NCBI RefSeq assembly: GCF_030028105.1
Contig: NC_092376.1
Coordinates: 170,839,613-170,903,612, forward strand
From: Mobula birostris
Lineage: Eukaryota
Length of the DNA stretch: 64,000 nucleotides
Direction: 5' to 3'
Below, piece by piece: positions 36,501-48,500 of the stretch. The first letter of the stretch is position 1. Each line of letters starts with the position of its first letter. Both the position numbers and the translations under genes were made by a program. The notes beneath the pieces were generated by a model that was not told where the DNA came from, did not search any database, and saw only the letters and a list, made by a program, of their open reading frames with translations.

Positions 36501-39500
36501 TCCTTGTCAAGAGACTCGTGCTAGTAGCAGCCCTCTACTTAGTACGTACCAATGGTGGGTCCGGTTTCCTATTGGACTTGTCACGCTTGGTGGCATTACT
36601 CAGTGACATCAACCGAGATACCTTGGCTTACCTGTTTTTCATTTCATCCTGCAAAACCCCCACTTGTGTGGCCTCTGGGGTTGCTTCAGCAACAGAGGCT
36701 CCAACTGAGGATTTTCCCCTGCTGATGGAAGCTTCCTGTTCATCCATCATGTTATCCTTCACTCTTACTTCTTTGATCAGCTCAACAAATGAGGGACGTG
36801 GACGTACCTTATGAGACATTTGAATACTGAGGGCAATCTTGTTGTAAGACAGCACACCCTTCACAACTTGCTCCCTCCTTGTTTTATCTCAGCCAGTTGA
36901 ATGTCCCCTATATGGTTCAAGCAATACAGTTGTCTCTCTAGCCTGAAAATGAAGAACTTTCTCCCCTTTCTCATGGAATGTGTGCCTGGACATCATCATA
37001 AGCTCCATCGGTTTGTCTGTCATGCCAAAACTGTTTTGTAATGAATGCATGTAGCTCACCGACGTGACAAATGGGTTATCTGCCTTTAAGGACCTCACCA
37101 CATCAGCAGCCAGACCTTTTAGACTCTTTGCCAGTGGCTGCCTTTTCATATTATCTGAACTCTGCCACTCATCCAGTAACTAAGATCTCTGCTCCGCCCA
37201 AGTCTCATATTCCTCTTCCCCATCAATGTCATGGTCCGGTCGGTGAAGTCCCCATTCCGGTTCACGGTCCGGTCCGTGGACTCAGGACTCCGGGTCTTCC
37301 AGCTGTCCCTTGTTTGAGTTAATCATAGGCACCTGATTCCCATCTTTGGGCTTGCAATATAAGTAGCCTTGGGGTTGAGTGTGGGCTGCTGGTTTTTCTT
37401 GTCAGTCCCCCTTGGGGCAACCTGCTGATGGAAGGCTAGTAAACCATTTGTGATCTCTAGGTCTGGTTGGAGGACCACTGCTTCATGGAGCCTTGTTGCC
37501 ACTCATTGTAGTAGGCTTTGCAGTATGGATTTGGTTGTTTCCTGGGCCAGCTGAGTGGCTGCCAGCTATTCCAAGCTAGGTAGGCACCCGGCTGTTTCCG
37601 TAGCCAGCTGAGGTTGCTGGCCGTACTGAGACTTGGAGCTTCCCCGGAGCAGAGATGGAACTGTCTGTCATTCTTTGGTGTTTGTCTCTTCTTGTCCTTG
37701 CCTCTGTGGGGTAAGCCAGGTTGTTTTGCTGTTGCCCTGTGGGGGGACATGTCTTGTCTTGTCCTTGCCTCTGGTGGGTAAGTTCTGCTGTTACCTGATG
37801 GAAAGACTTCTCCTCCCTTGGTGTGGAGATGAAGTTGAATCCTGGCTTGTCATAGGATAAGTCCTGGCTCTATGTCTATGTTCTGTCCTGTCTCATGTTA
37901 GTGTTGTGTTAAAGATGAGTCCTGGCTTATTGAAGGATAAGTCTCGGCTCTATGTTGATGTTCAGTTCCCAGTCTGTCTCTCAGCTCCAGCCTCTGAGTT
38001 ATCAGCCTCTGCATTTCAAGATGAAGAACCCAAGCCAAGCTCCAAGAACCCAAGCCTCAAGGATCCCAAGCCAAGCTCTAGATCGAAGACCCCCAAGTCT
38101 TGAGGATCCCAAGCCAAGCTCAAGACCCAAGAACCCAAGCCTCGAGGATCCCAAGCCAAGCTCAAGACCCAAGACCCCAGCCTCAAGCCGTGTCATGTCT
38201 TTGCCTGGTTCTGGGGTCTGGGCCTGAGGCAAGACCCAGGTTCTGGGTCCTTGTCCAGTCTCAGGCTTGGAGTCTGAGCCTTGTCTTGTCTCCAAGCTCA
38301 GGCCTCTAGACCCCAGCTGCATCCTGTCCTGAAGCCATGTCATGCCCTTGCCTGGTTCTGGCGTCCGAGCCCGAGGAAAGACCTAGGTTCTGGATCCTTG
38401 TCCAGTCTCGGGCTCGGAGTCCAAGCCTTGTCTCCTAGTCCATGGTTCCCAGTCCTGGTCCCACTTTCCTTAGCCCAACTCTGCATTCTTGTCCCTGCTC
38501 CTTGCCTGAATCCTGTCACGTCCCTACTCTAGTCAAGTTCTGTTCATCGTACTTCAGTGTCTGTGTCTTGCATTTGGGTCTGTTCCCAGCACCCCCTGTG
38601 ACAATCGAATGTGGTCTTGACTACAGAGAACATTCTCAGCCTATGATAAATTTGTCTCCACCAGTACATTTTGGCATTTATCTACCAGTGATGTAATAGC
38701 TGAAGCCAACTCAGAATTCCTATCAAATACTGAAGGACTTATCAGACAACTTCTTCCCCTCATTTTGCAGAAATGAGAACAACTTGTCTTTAAAGTCTTC
38801 ACCCTCAGCTACATATAATTGGACTTTAATGTCTTCACCCTCAGTGACATGCCCCCATCTCCCAAAAATATGGACAGCCCATGGTCCCGCCTCACCAGGT
38901 GTCCCTACCCTCTCAGGCAGCACAAATCCGGTCAAGTCACTGCTAGTCTGGACTAACACGACATCCTTACCCATCAATTGATCAAACCATCTTTCAACTA
39001 GTACAACATTTCCCAATTTTTTGCAGAACTCAGTTCTCTAATTAGCAATTGATCAGGGTGTTGAATATCCATCCCATTCAGAACACAAGCATTATTTCTG
39101 GGTAATCACTTTGAATCACACCAAACCTTAATTGCTACGGTGTCCAAAATAAAGTACCTTAATCACTTTCCCTGACACTAAGTTTAAACACAGGCTTAAC
39201 AACACAAACTGCTTAATCAATTCTTAACAGCAATTACACAACATTCAGCAAAACCTGGACAGGCACCCCACAAATATAGACCCCTCACTGGGCTTGTATT
39301 CAAACTTGGTTCCTTAGCCAGTTCTGCTAACAACCACATGACTCAACAGTGATAAGGTCACCTTTAATAAACAATACAATATGATTTGGGATTCAACCAA
39401 GTAGGAACGTTGTGATGTTCTGATTAAAGAAAACTCAATTTGAGCAAATGCAGTGTAAGTACCGTCCATACAGAATTACCAGTTGGCAAGAAATAACAGA

Positions 39501-42500
39501 TCGTAGGGTGCTTAAGATTATAAAGAAAGCACATTTACAAATTTCAGCTTTATCAAACAGTTATTTAGATAAAGAAAAGAAATAAAAATAAGGGGCCCAT
39601 TACAGTTAAAGCAGTGTAAATGTCCACATGGTGTTGGACCTCGTATCTTCCAAACCCTGGATATGACTGTTATTCACGGCACTGAATTCTCATCACCAGT
39701 CACTGGTTGAGGTTCCTATCTTAGATACCTTCATCTCGTGAAGCATACCTTGCAATTGTGTCTTCTCTTTGGATCGAATGCTACAGCCGTCTCTCTCGAT
39801 TTTCTCTTGTCTGTACCTCCCACCAAAAAGGCCATTCAACCCCCCCATGCCATCACAAATCTCTCTCCACCCAGCTCTCTTCAGAACTCCCTCCCAATTC
39901 CACTATCCTAATTGGCTGACACAACATTCCTAAATTGAACATCATTGCCCCTTATCTTTAGCCAAAGCCAGAAAATTCCACCAGCAGGGCTCACTGCTTT
40001 TACAGAAAGCTACTAGCAGTAGAAATCTTAACCAGGGCAATTCAATGAAATTTTTGAGGAAATTACCAGAAAAGTGGATGAAGGCTAGGCAGTGGATGTT
40101 GTCTACATGGACCCTAGTATGGCATTGGACAAGGTCCCGCATGGAAGCTGGTCAAGAAGATTCAGTCATTCAGCATTAAGGATGAGGTAGTAGATGAGAT
40201 TAGACATTGACTTTGTGAGAGAAACAAGAGAGTGGTAGTAGAGGGTTGCATCTCTGACAGGAGGCCTGTGACTAGTGGTGTGCCATAGGGAGCAGTGCTG
40301 GGTCCTTTGTTGTTTGTCATCTACAGTATATCAATGATCTGGGTGATAATGTGCTAAGTTGGATAAGCAAATATGTGAATGACACCAAGATTGGGAGTGT
40401 AGTGGGGCAGTGAGGAAGACTATCATGGCTTGCAGAACAATCTGCATCAGCTGGATAAATGGGCTGAAAAATAGCAGATGGAATTTAATGCAGACAAGTG
40501 CAAAGTTTTGCACTCAGTAGGACCAACCAACATAGGTCTTACACAGTGAAAGGTAGGGTACAGAGGATTATGATAGAACAAAGGGATCAGGGAATACAGG
40601 TATAGAGTTTGCTGAAAGTGGTGTCACAGGTAGATAGGGTCAGAAAGAAAGCTTTTGGCACATGGTCCTTCATAAATCAATGTATTGAGTACAGAAGAAG
40701 GAATGTTATGTTGAGGTTGTTTAAGACGCATGTAAGGCCAAATTTGGAGTATTGTGTGCAGTTTTGGTAACCTAACTACAGGAAAAATGTAAACGAGGTT
40801 GAAAGACTACAGAGAAAATTTACAAGGATGTTGCCAGTTCTGGAGGACCTGAGTTATAAGGAAAGAATGAAGAGGTTAGGACTATATTCTTTAGGATGTA
40901 GGAGATTGAGAAGAGATTTATTAGAGGTATACAAAATTATGAGGGATATAGATAGGCTAAATGCAAGCAGGCTTTTTCCACTTAAGGGTGAAAGCTGAGA
41001 AGTTTAAGAGGAACAGAGGAAAATGTCTTCACTCAGAGGGTTATGAGAAAGAAGAAAAAGCTGCCAGCACAAACGGTTCATGTGAGTTTGCTTTCAACAT
41101 TTAGAGAATTTTGGATAGGTACATGGATAATAGGAATATGGAGGGCTATGGTCCAGGTGCAGGTCCAGGTCACTGGGAGTAGGTAGTATAAGTGGTTTTG
41201 GCATGGATTAGATGGGCCAAAGGGCCTGTTTCTGTGCTGTACTTCTCTATGAAACTTTGAATTTAAAGAAAAAAACTGAAAGCATTTTAAGAGTTCTTCT
41301 CTGTCTGTACAGGGTTGGAAAATCAAAGACAGGAATCACGAAGGACAGGGAGGAACACAGAAGATGACTCCAACCTCGATGCAAATACAAACGAAATCCA
41401 GCCAATACAAGGTAACATCTTGACATCAGAAGAATTTTAATTTTGTGTCCCATTTGCTCACAGCAGGTTTGTCTTCCCTTTGTAGCTTAAAAGGACTTTC
41501 AGATATGGAAAAATTGTGGCATTATAAGACCATGAGATATAGGAGCAGAATTAAGCCATTTTCCCATCGAGTCAGCTCCTCCATTTCATCATTGCTGATC
41601 TATTTCCCTCTTGGCCCAATCTCCTGCCTTCTCACCATTTCCTTTCATGCCCTGACTAATAAAGTACCTATCAACTCTCAATGATTTAGACTCCAAGACA
41701 CCTGTGGCAACCTCTGGCTGAAAAAATTCCTCACATCTCTGTTCTAAATGGTTGTCCCTCTATTCTGTGTCTGTGTCCTGTGGTCTTAGACCCCCCCCCC
41801 CCCCGGCAACTCTACTCTTTTCTCTTTTGACGCCTTTCAGCATTCAATGGGTTTCAATGAGATCCCCCATAATTTTTTCTGAGTTCCATTGAGTTCAGAC
41901 ACAGAGCAGTCAAATGCTCCTCATGAGATGAGTCTTTCGATCCTGTATACAATTTTGTATAAACTGCCGGCCGGTAGGCAGTGCATCTGTGAGCCTGGTC
42001 ACTTATTAATACTGACACTCCAACCTCCTGACTGCTCCCTCGATCCTACCCCACCACTGACCTAGCCTTTCTGTCAGTGCTGCCCATTCATTGGCTTCAG
42101 CTCCCCCTCTGACATGCCAAAGACTGGGGTACGTTAGCCGAAAAAGTGCTGGATCAGAAAGCATTTGCTGTAGTTCTTGGCAGACAATAACCACGACTCA
42201 ACCTACTGCTGTTAAGATATGTCACATTTACCCATTAAAAAACCTGTTGAAGTTCATTCATTCTGTGTTACTGGAATTCAAAACTGGGAATTGACCTGGA
42301 CCTTCCATGATGTATTAATGTGTAGTCTGGTACAGCATGTTTCCACTAACTCTCTGAATTAATCCCCATATTATCATTGTAACATTAAATGCCTCCAGCA
42401 AACATTATTAATACTCTGATCGTACAGTATTTCTCCTCATGCTGATGGCTGTCATTATTAATAGGGCACTATTTTCTCAAGATACCCGAAGTTGCTTCTT

Positions 42501-45500
42501 GGAAATCGAGCCAATGATATGAAATGCTTCAATGATAGGATGCAAAATGGGGCTGAGAAGTGGCAAATGGAGTTCAGCCCGGATAATAAACCAGTGAGGT
42601 GGTTTATTTTGGTAGGTCAAGTACGATGGCAGAATATAGCATTAATGGTAAGACTCTTGGCAGTGTGGAGAATCAGAGGGATCTTGGGGTCCAAGTCCAT
42701 AGGACGCTCAAAGCAGCTTCACAGGTTGACCTTGTAGTTGAGAAGGCATACGGTACATTGGTCTTCAATCAATTCAATCAATTTTGGGATTTAGTTTAAA
42801 AGCCGAGAGGTAATGTTGCAGTTATTTAGGACCCTGGTCAGACCCCACTTGGAGAAATATGCTCAGCTCTGGTCGCCTCACTACAGGAAGGACACGGAAA
42901 CCATAGAAAGGGTGCAGAGGAGATTTACAAGGATGTTGCCTGGATTGGGGAGCATACATTATGAGAATCGGTTGAGTGAACTGGGCCTTTTCTCCTTGGA
43001 CCGACAGTGGTGGAGGTGGATACAATAGGGTCTTTCAAGAGACTCCTGGATGGATACATGGAGCTTAGAAAAATAGCGGGCTATGGGTAAGCCTAGGTAG
43101 TTCTAAGGTAAGGACATCTTCGGCACAGCTTTGTGGGCCAAAGGGCCTGTATTGTGCTGTAGGTTTTCTATGTTTCTGTGTTTCCAGGAACTAATGAGAT
43201 GCCGGAGCCTGAGACCAGACATATTGCTGAATATATGTCTGCGAGTAGGAAGGCAATACAAGAAGGTAATAGACCAATCTCTCATTCAATGAATTTCTCT
43301 CCTTGTACTTTTGTGAAATTACTCACTCAACAGTTTGCAGGTTTGCAATTAAAATGTATATTTAGAGAATTGAATCTCAAGCATGAATCTGACTGATCAA
43401 TCCAATACTCTGTCTAGTGTCGACTATCCTTCACTCCCTCCCAGTCTTCTTCATACAGCATAGGGCTCTCTCTGCATTCTACAACAGTCCAATGTAGATA
43501 AACCACAACACTTTACCGTATGGACAATCCGCGTTCAAATCCTGCTGCTGCCTGTAAGGAGTTTGTACATTCTCCCCGTGACCGTGTGTGTTTCCTCCGG
43601 GTGCTCTCGTTTACTCCCACAGTCCAAAGACGTACTGGTTGGTAGGTTAACTGGTCATTGTAAATTGTCCTGTGGTTAGGCTCAGATTAAATCAGGAGGC
43701 TGTTGGGCAGCGTGGCTCGAAAGGCTGAAAGGGCCAATTCCGCGCTGTATCTCAATCAATAAACAAATAAACACACACAATGTGATCATACTTCTGGTAA
43801 ATGGACAGCTTGGTTAGTGGCTGCAGAACAAGTCCACATCACCTGCCCTCTGAAAGTGACCATCCATTTCATGAGATCTCATCCACTATTGAATACCTCC
43901 ACCACACTTCAGCAGTACTTCAGTGTGTCTGGAATCACTGAATATGATCAGTCAAAGTGTCAGTGTAGTGTGAGAATGCCATATTAGACAGCATTGCTTT
44001 CTCTAGAAATTAGGTGATATTTCTGAATATGCATGAACAGCAGAGCAGGCTTTCTTGAAAAACCTGATTTTTTTAATAAAGCAGATCATTCTGATTTTTT
44101 AAAATATGAAAAATCTCTTTCCAAATTCTAGCTCTCTCCTTATATTATTTAATTCTTATTGTCCAAATCTAATTCTATGAATATATTTAATGATCTGGCA
44201 TCAACCAGTGGAGAATTCACATCGCTCATTTTGTCTGGGAATTCCCCACTGCAGTCCTCAATGACTCCTGTTTTAAACTCTGATCCTGTCTTGAAGTCTC
44301 TGCTGCAGGAAACATCCTTCCTGGAGCACTTTGTTGGAATCTGTTGGTTTCCATGAGATCCCCTCTTATTCCTATCAGCTCCAGAGCACATAAGCTGAAT
44401 GAACCCAAACTCTCCCCGTGCATCTCAATTCCAAGACATGATGTGACCATACAGATTTTCAGCATCTAATATGCAGCATCACAGGCTGAATTTATATCCT
44501 GGAGAATTATATATCCTGTGGAAATAAAATCAAGTCAGAGGTGAGAGAGGTGGCTGAATGAAAACAGAGAAAAATAAATGAATTGATCATGTTTTGAATA
44601 TATTCCATTTAATACATATGGAGCAACACAATCTGTGTTAGACCATAAGACCACAAGATATAGAAACAGAACTGGGCCATTTGGCCTATCGAGTATGATC
44701 TGCCATTTCATCATGGCTAATCTATTTCACTCTCAGCCACAGTATCTTGCCTTCTCTCCAGAATCCTTCATGCCCTCATTAATCAGGTTATGTGGTGCGG
44801 AAAGCATGGCAGTACAAGCTCGGACTGTGTTGGTTGTTGACACAAACAACACGTTTCACTGTACGTTTCAATGTTTCTATGTTCATGTACAAATGAAACT
44901 AATCTTTATCTTTATCATCTTTGTTTCTATTTTGTCCCTGCAGACACAGAGGAAAGTATTCATTATGCATCCATCTGCTTCGAGAAAAATGCGCCAGGTG
45001 ATAAAATTGTTTGATTTTTTAAAATTTTTTTTGTCAGGATGAGGATTGTTGGTGATGAGTCTGAAACGCTTTGGGGCCCTCATATGGCCGTCCTGAGGCA
45101 AAGCTCCTCACTCACCCCTTAACACACAGTGGGACAGTCAGCTGAGGCTCAGTCCATAACCCAGCCTTCTCTGTGCAGGTCCAGTCTCCCCCCACAGATA
45201 CAAGCATGAACATCTGGGCTGATATTGCAACACAACGTTGCAATGTTGCTGGTCGAGTGCCAACCCAAGGCACAGTTCTGTCCTCAGAAGACAGATAAAG
45301 TTAGTCAGCACAATTCTGAATTAGTAAATGTGACTTATGTCTGATCTCCTGTCCATATCATCAGCGTCATTAAAAATGCGAGCTGGTTTGACTTGATTTG
45401 ATTCGATGCAAATGATACATTTCACTGTGTCACTGTGTCAAATCAACCTAGTGCATGACGGCAACTTTTTGCGTTAAATCAAATCAACCAAAAGTGGAAA

Positions 45501-48500
45501 TTTCCGGAGACCAAACATTTTGATCCTGATTCTGATTCCTGTTCCAACATGTCGGTCCATGACCCTCTCTTATGTCAAGATGAGGCCACCTTCAGGGTGG
45601 AGGAGCAACTTTTTATATTGTGTCTGGGCAGCCTCTAACCTGATGGCATAAATATCAATATCTCCCCCTCCTTTCTTCTTCTATTCCCCACTCTGGTCTC
45701 ATACATCTTCTCACCTGACTATCCCCTCCCACTTTTCCTTTCTGCTATGGTCCACTCTCCTCTCCTATCAGATTCCTTCTTCTCCATCCCTTTATCTTTC
45801 CAACCCAGCTGGCTTCATTTTTCACCTTCCAGATATCCTAACTCCCCTTCCCCCACCTTTTTATTTTGGCATCTTCCCCTTTCCTGACGAAGGGTCTCAG
45901 CTCGAAATGTCGACTGTTTATTCATTTCCATAGATGCTGCCTGATCTGCTGGGTTCCTCCAGCACTTTGTATGTGTAGCCTTGGATTTCCAGCATCTGTT
46001 GACTTTCTCCTGTTTGATATTTCACTATCTGGTTCGATGCAAGTCTCCAATCTCTCGCTCTTCCATTCGACCTCAAAATCATCAGATAGAGGAGCAGGAT
46101 TTGGTCATTTGGCCCATCAGGTTTGCTCCACTATTCAAACAATGTCTGATTCTTTTCACAAATACATTCACCCTGTAATCCTTAAACCACTAAACAATCA
46201 AGAACCTATTAATCTCTCCCTTAAATATACCCAGTTTGGCCACACAGGCCACTGTGGAAATGAAATCACATTCACAATTCCTCACTGACCCTGAGTCATC
46301 CAAGAATCATGGAAAGTTTGGTTCATTTACAACTATCCCTATAGCTCACTGAGGTTAGTGTATGTTTTACCCAGATGGATGGAAAGAAGTTTTATGGAAA
46401 TTCAAAGTTCAAAGTACATTTATTATCAAAGTTTGGGGTGTCAGGGAGGGGTAGCACTTCTGGTGGGGGAACACGTCGCATCCTTTTCAAGGCGGTTAGT
46501 CCACCTTTAGTCCCTACTTGGCACTCAGCTCTCACCTGTGGCTCCCCGTAGCTGTTTGCATGCGACAGCGGCCACACCCCAGGCAATGGCTTTGACAAGC
46601 CAGCTAAACTAGGTGAGGGTAGCCGACGGGTCTCAAACCATTGGTGAGATAGGTAGTTGTCTATTCCAGCATGTGAAGACAGACTCCGGTGTATTGAGCG
46701 GACGAGACCAATGGAAGGTCCAACGGTCAAGAAGGCGATCTCTGCAAGCGTCCTGGAATGTGTAGAGCAGGAGAAGATACAGAAGACATCCTGGTCATCC
46801 ACTGTGCCTAGTCCCATCTCCAGCCGTCTCGACTCTGTCTTGCCACTGGATCCAGATGGGAATTGGGAAGAAAGAGTAAAACTGACGCTGCGCAACTCTC
46901 CCTCACTTAAATCCAAATCACACGCTAGTCCCAACACCATCTGGTGTCGAGGTCCTCATCGACGTGGACGATGGTCAAACAGGATGTATACTATATACAA
47001 CCTTGCGATTTGTCTCCTTACAGTCAGCCACAAATTGAAGTAACCACTTAAAAAAAAGACTGTCTAACATCCAATGAGTAGGAAAAAAACTTGTACAAAC
47101 AATAAGAGTAAGCAAATAACTTTCAGAACTGAAATTCACAATAGTGAGTCCACAGCCACAAAGCCACTCATCACGACAGCCATTTCAGGAGCCCATTAGT
47201 TGCAGGCTGCACCCTTTGTGCAGCCCAGGGACAAGTAAATTTCACTGGGCACCAAGCTGATCCAATCCATCCCTTGCCTCTGACCCCAACACCCTGACCA
47301 TTTCAATCTGGCCCAGCTCTTAAATCACCCAAACCTCAGGTTGTTCCTCATTCGCAGACCTGGGCCCTGCCACTTTGATACGCTCTCGGCCGATTCTCCC
47401 CATACCCAACCTTTCTAATTTGGCCCGGCACTTCAATCAATCAAACTGATTAAACGAGCAATTGAATTTTTTGCTTATGTTTTGTCAGGAGAGAGTAATG
47501 CAGTCACTTTAGGACATTTGTATTCTATTTGTCACTTCCTTTATCAGTGTGATCCACTACTGTCATCTTTTAATTGTGATGTTTGCAATTATCACAGGGG
47601 AGAGACATGCCGCACCATCCTCCAATCAAGTGTCAGATACTGTAAGTACATTGGTCTGTTGTTGAAGTACCAAGTCCAACAAATATTAATTTCCAGATCA
47701 AATTTGTGAAGTTGTTTACAGATCTAAACAGATGAAATATCAACTGGCTTAAATATACACTCAATGTCCACTTTATGAGGTACATCCTGCACCCAATAAA
47801 GTGGCCACTGAGTGTCTGATCATGACCTTCTGCTGCTGTAGCCCATCCATTTCAAGGTTCTGCACACCACCTTGGTGATGGCCTCCACTGGTCGAGGTCG
47901 ACCACGGATGTTGCAACCCAGCTGTTTGAAGTTGATATGGAAGCTAGAGCAGTACAATACGGAGAACAAGCTGTTGCCCATACAGCAGGCTCTCCCTCTC
48001 CATGCAGCTGATGAATCCAAAGGAATAGCAAAGTCTGAAGCTGTTTGGCACCAGCGGCTTTGGAGGAGTTGCCAGTCAAAAATGAATTCATTGTAGGGAC
48101 TTCGGGAATGCAGTTCCAGATTTTTCCTTGAGATTTACTCCTTCCCTATGAGTGGGTATAGCCACAAGGCAGTGGAGGTATGAAATCAGAGTTTTTCTTA
48201 TCCTAGATTAGCCGCCAACCACAGCTGATGAGCCCCATTTGCCCAAAATGACTGGTTTTAAGGGGCCAGTAACCTGCCTTTGCCCCTTCTCCTTTCAGTC
48301 CAAAGTGGTTCTGTCAAGCTTAGCAGCTAAGCCACACGTGAAAGCCAGGTGCTGGATTGTTGTCAAAGACTACAGTATTTGGGATGCATGTCATTGGGAG
48401 CATTTAGTAGGTAGTGGAAGCTTATACCCACTACCCTCCCACCACCTCCTTCACTGACTAGGACAACCTTAAAGAGCCATCATCTCTGTAACATGTAGTT

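Larger units (their letters stand above)
29330..41270 (+). mobile_element. CR1 LINE, degenerate, split by a Gypsy provirus
   Basis: ORF1 zinc-finger-like SSCGMWE...PDDYNYKKC, EN fragments (29750-30350), RT region to 31292 resuming near 40040 (...EEITRKVDE...), and a 3' tail near 41220-41270. Confidence 0.8.

Noticed and set aside
36628-37149. Domesticated PNMA-like gene
   Set aside because: It lies between PBS and pol in a two-LTR Gypsy provirus, is frameshifted, and is interrupted by a solo LTR.
42181-42215. Extra cytoplasmic exon of gene B (DNNHDSTYCC*)
   Set aside because: Mediocre acceptor, an in-frame stop, no good donor, and the gene assembles without it.
43510-43560. tRNA gene
   Set aside because: Only a B-box-like motif at the head of a V-SINE; no cloverleaf.
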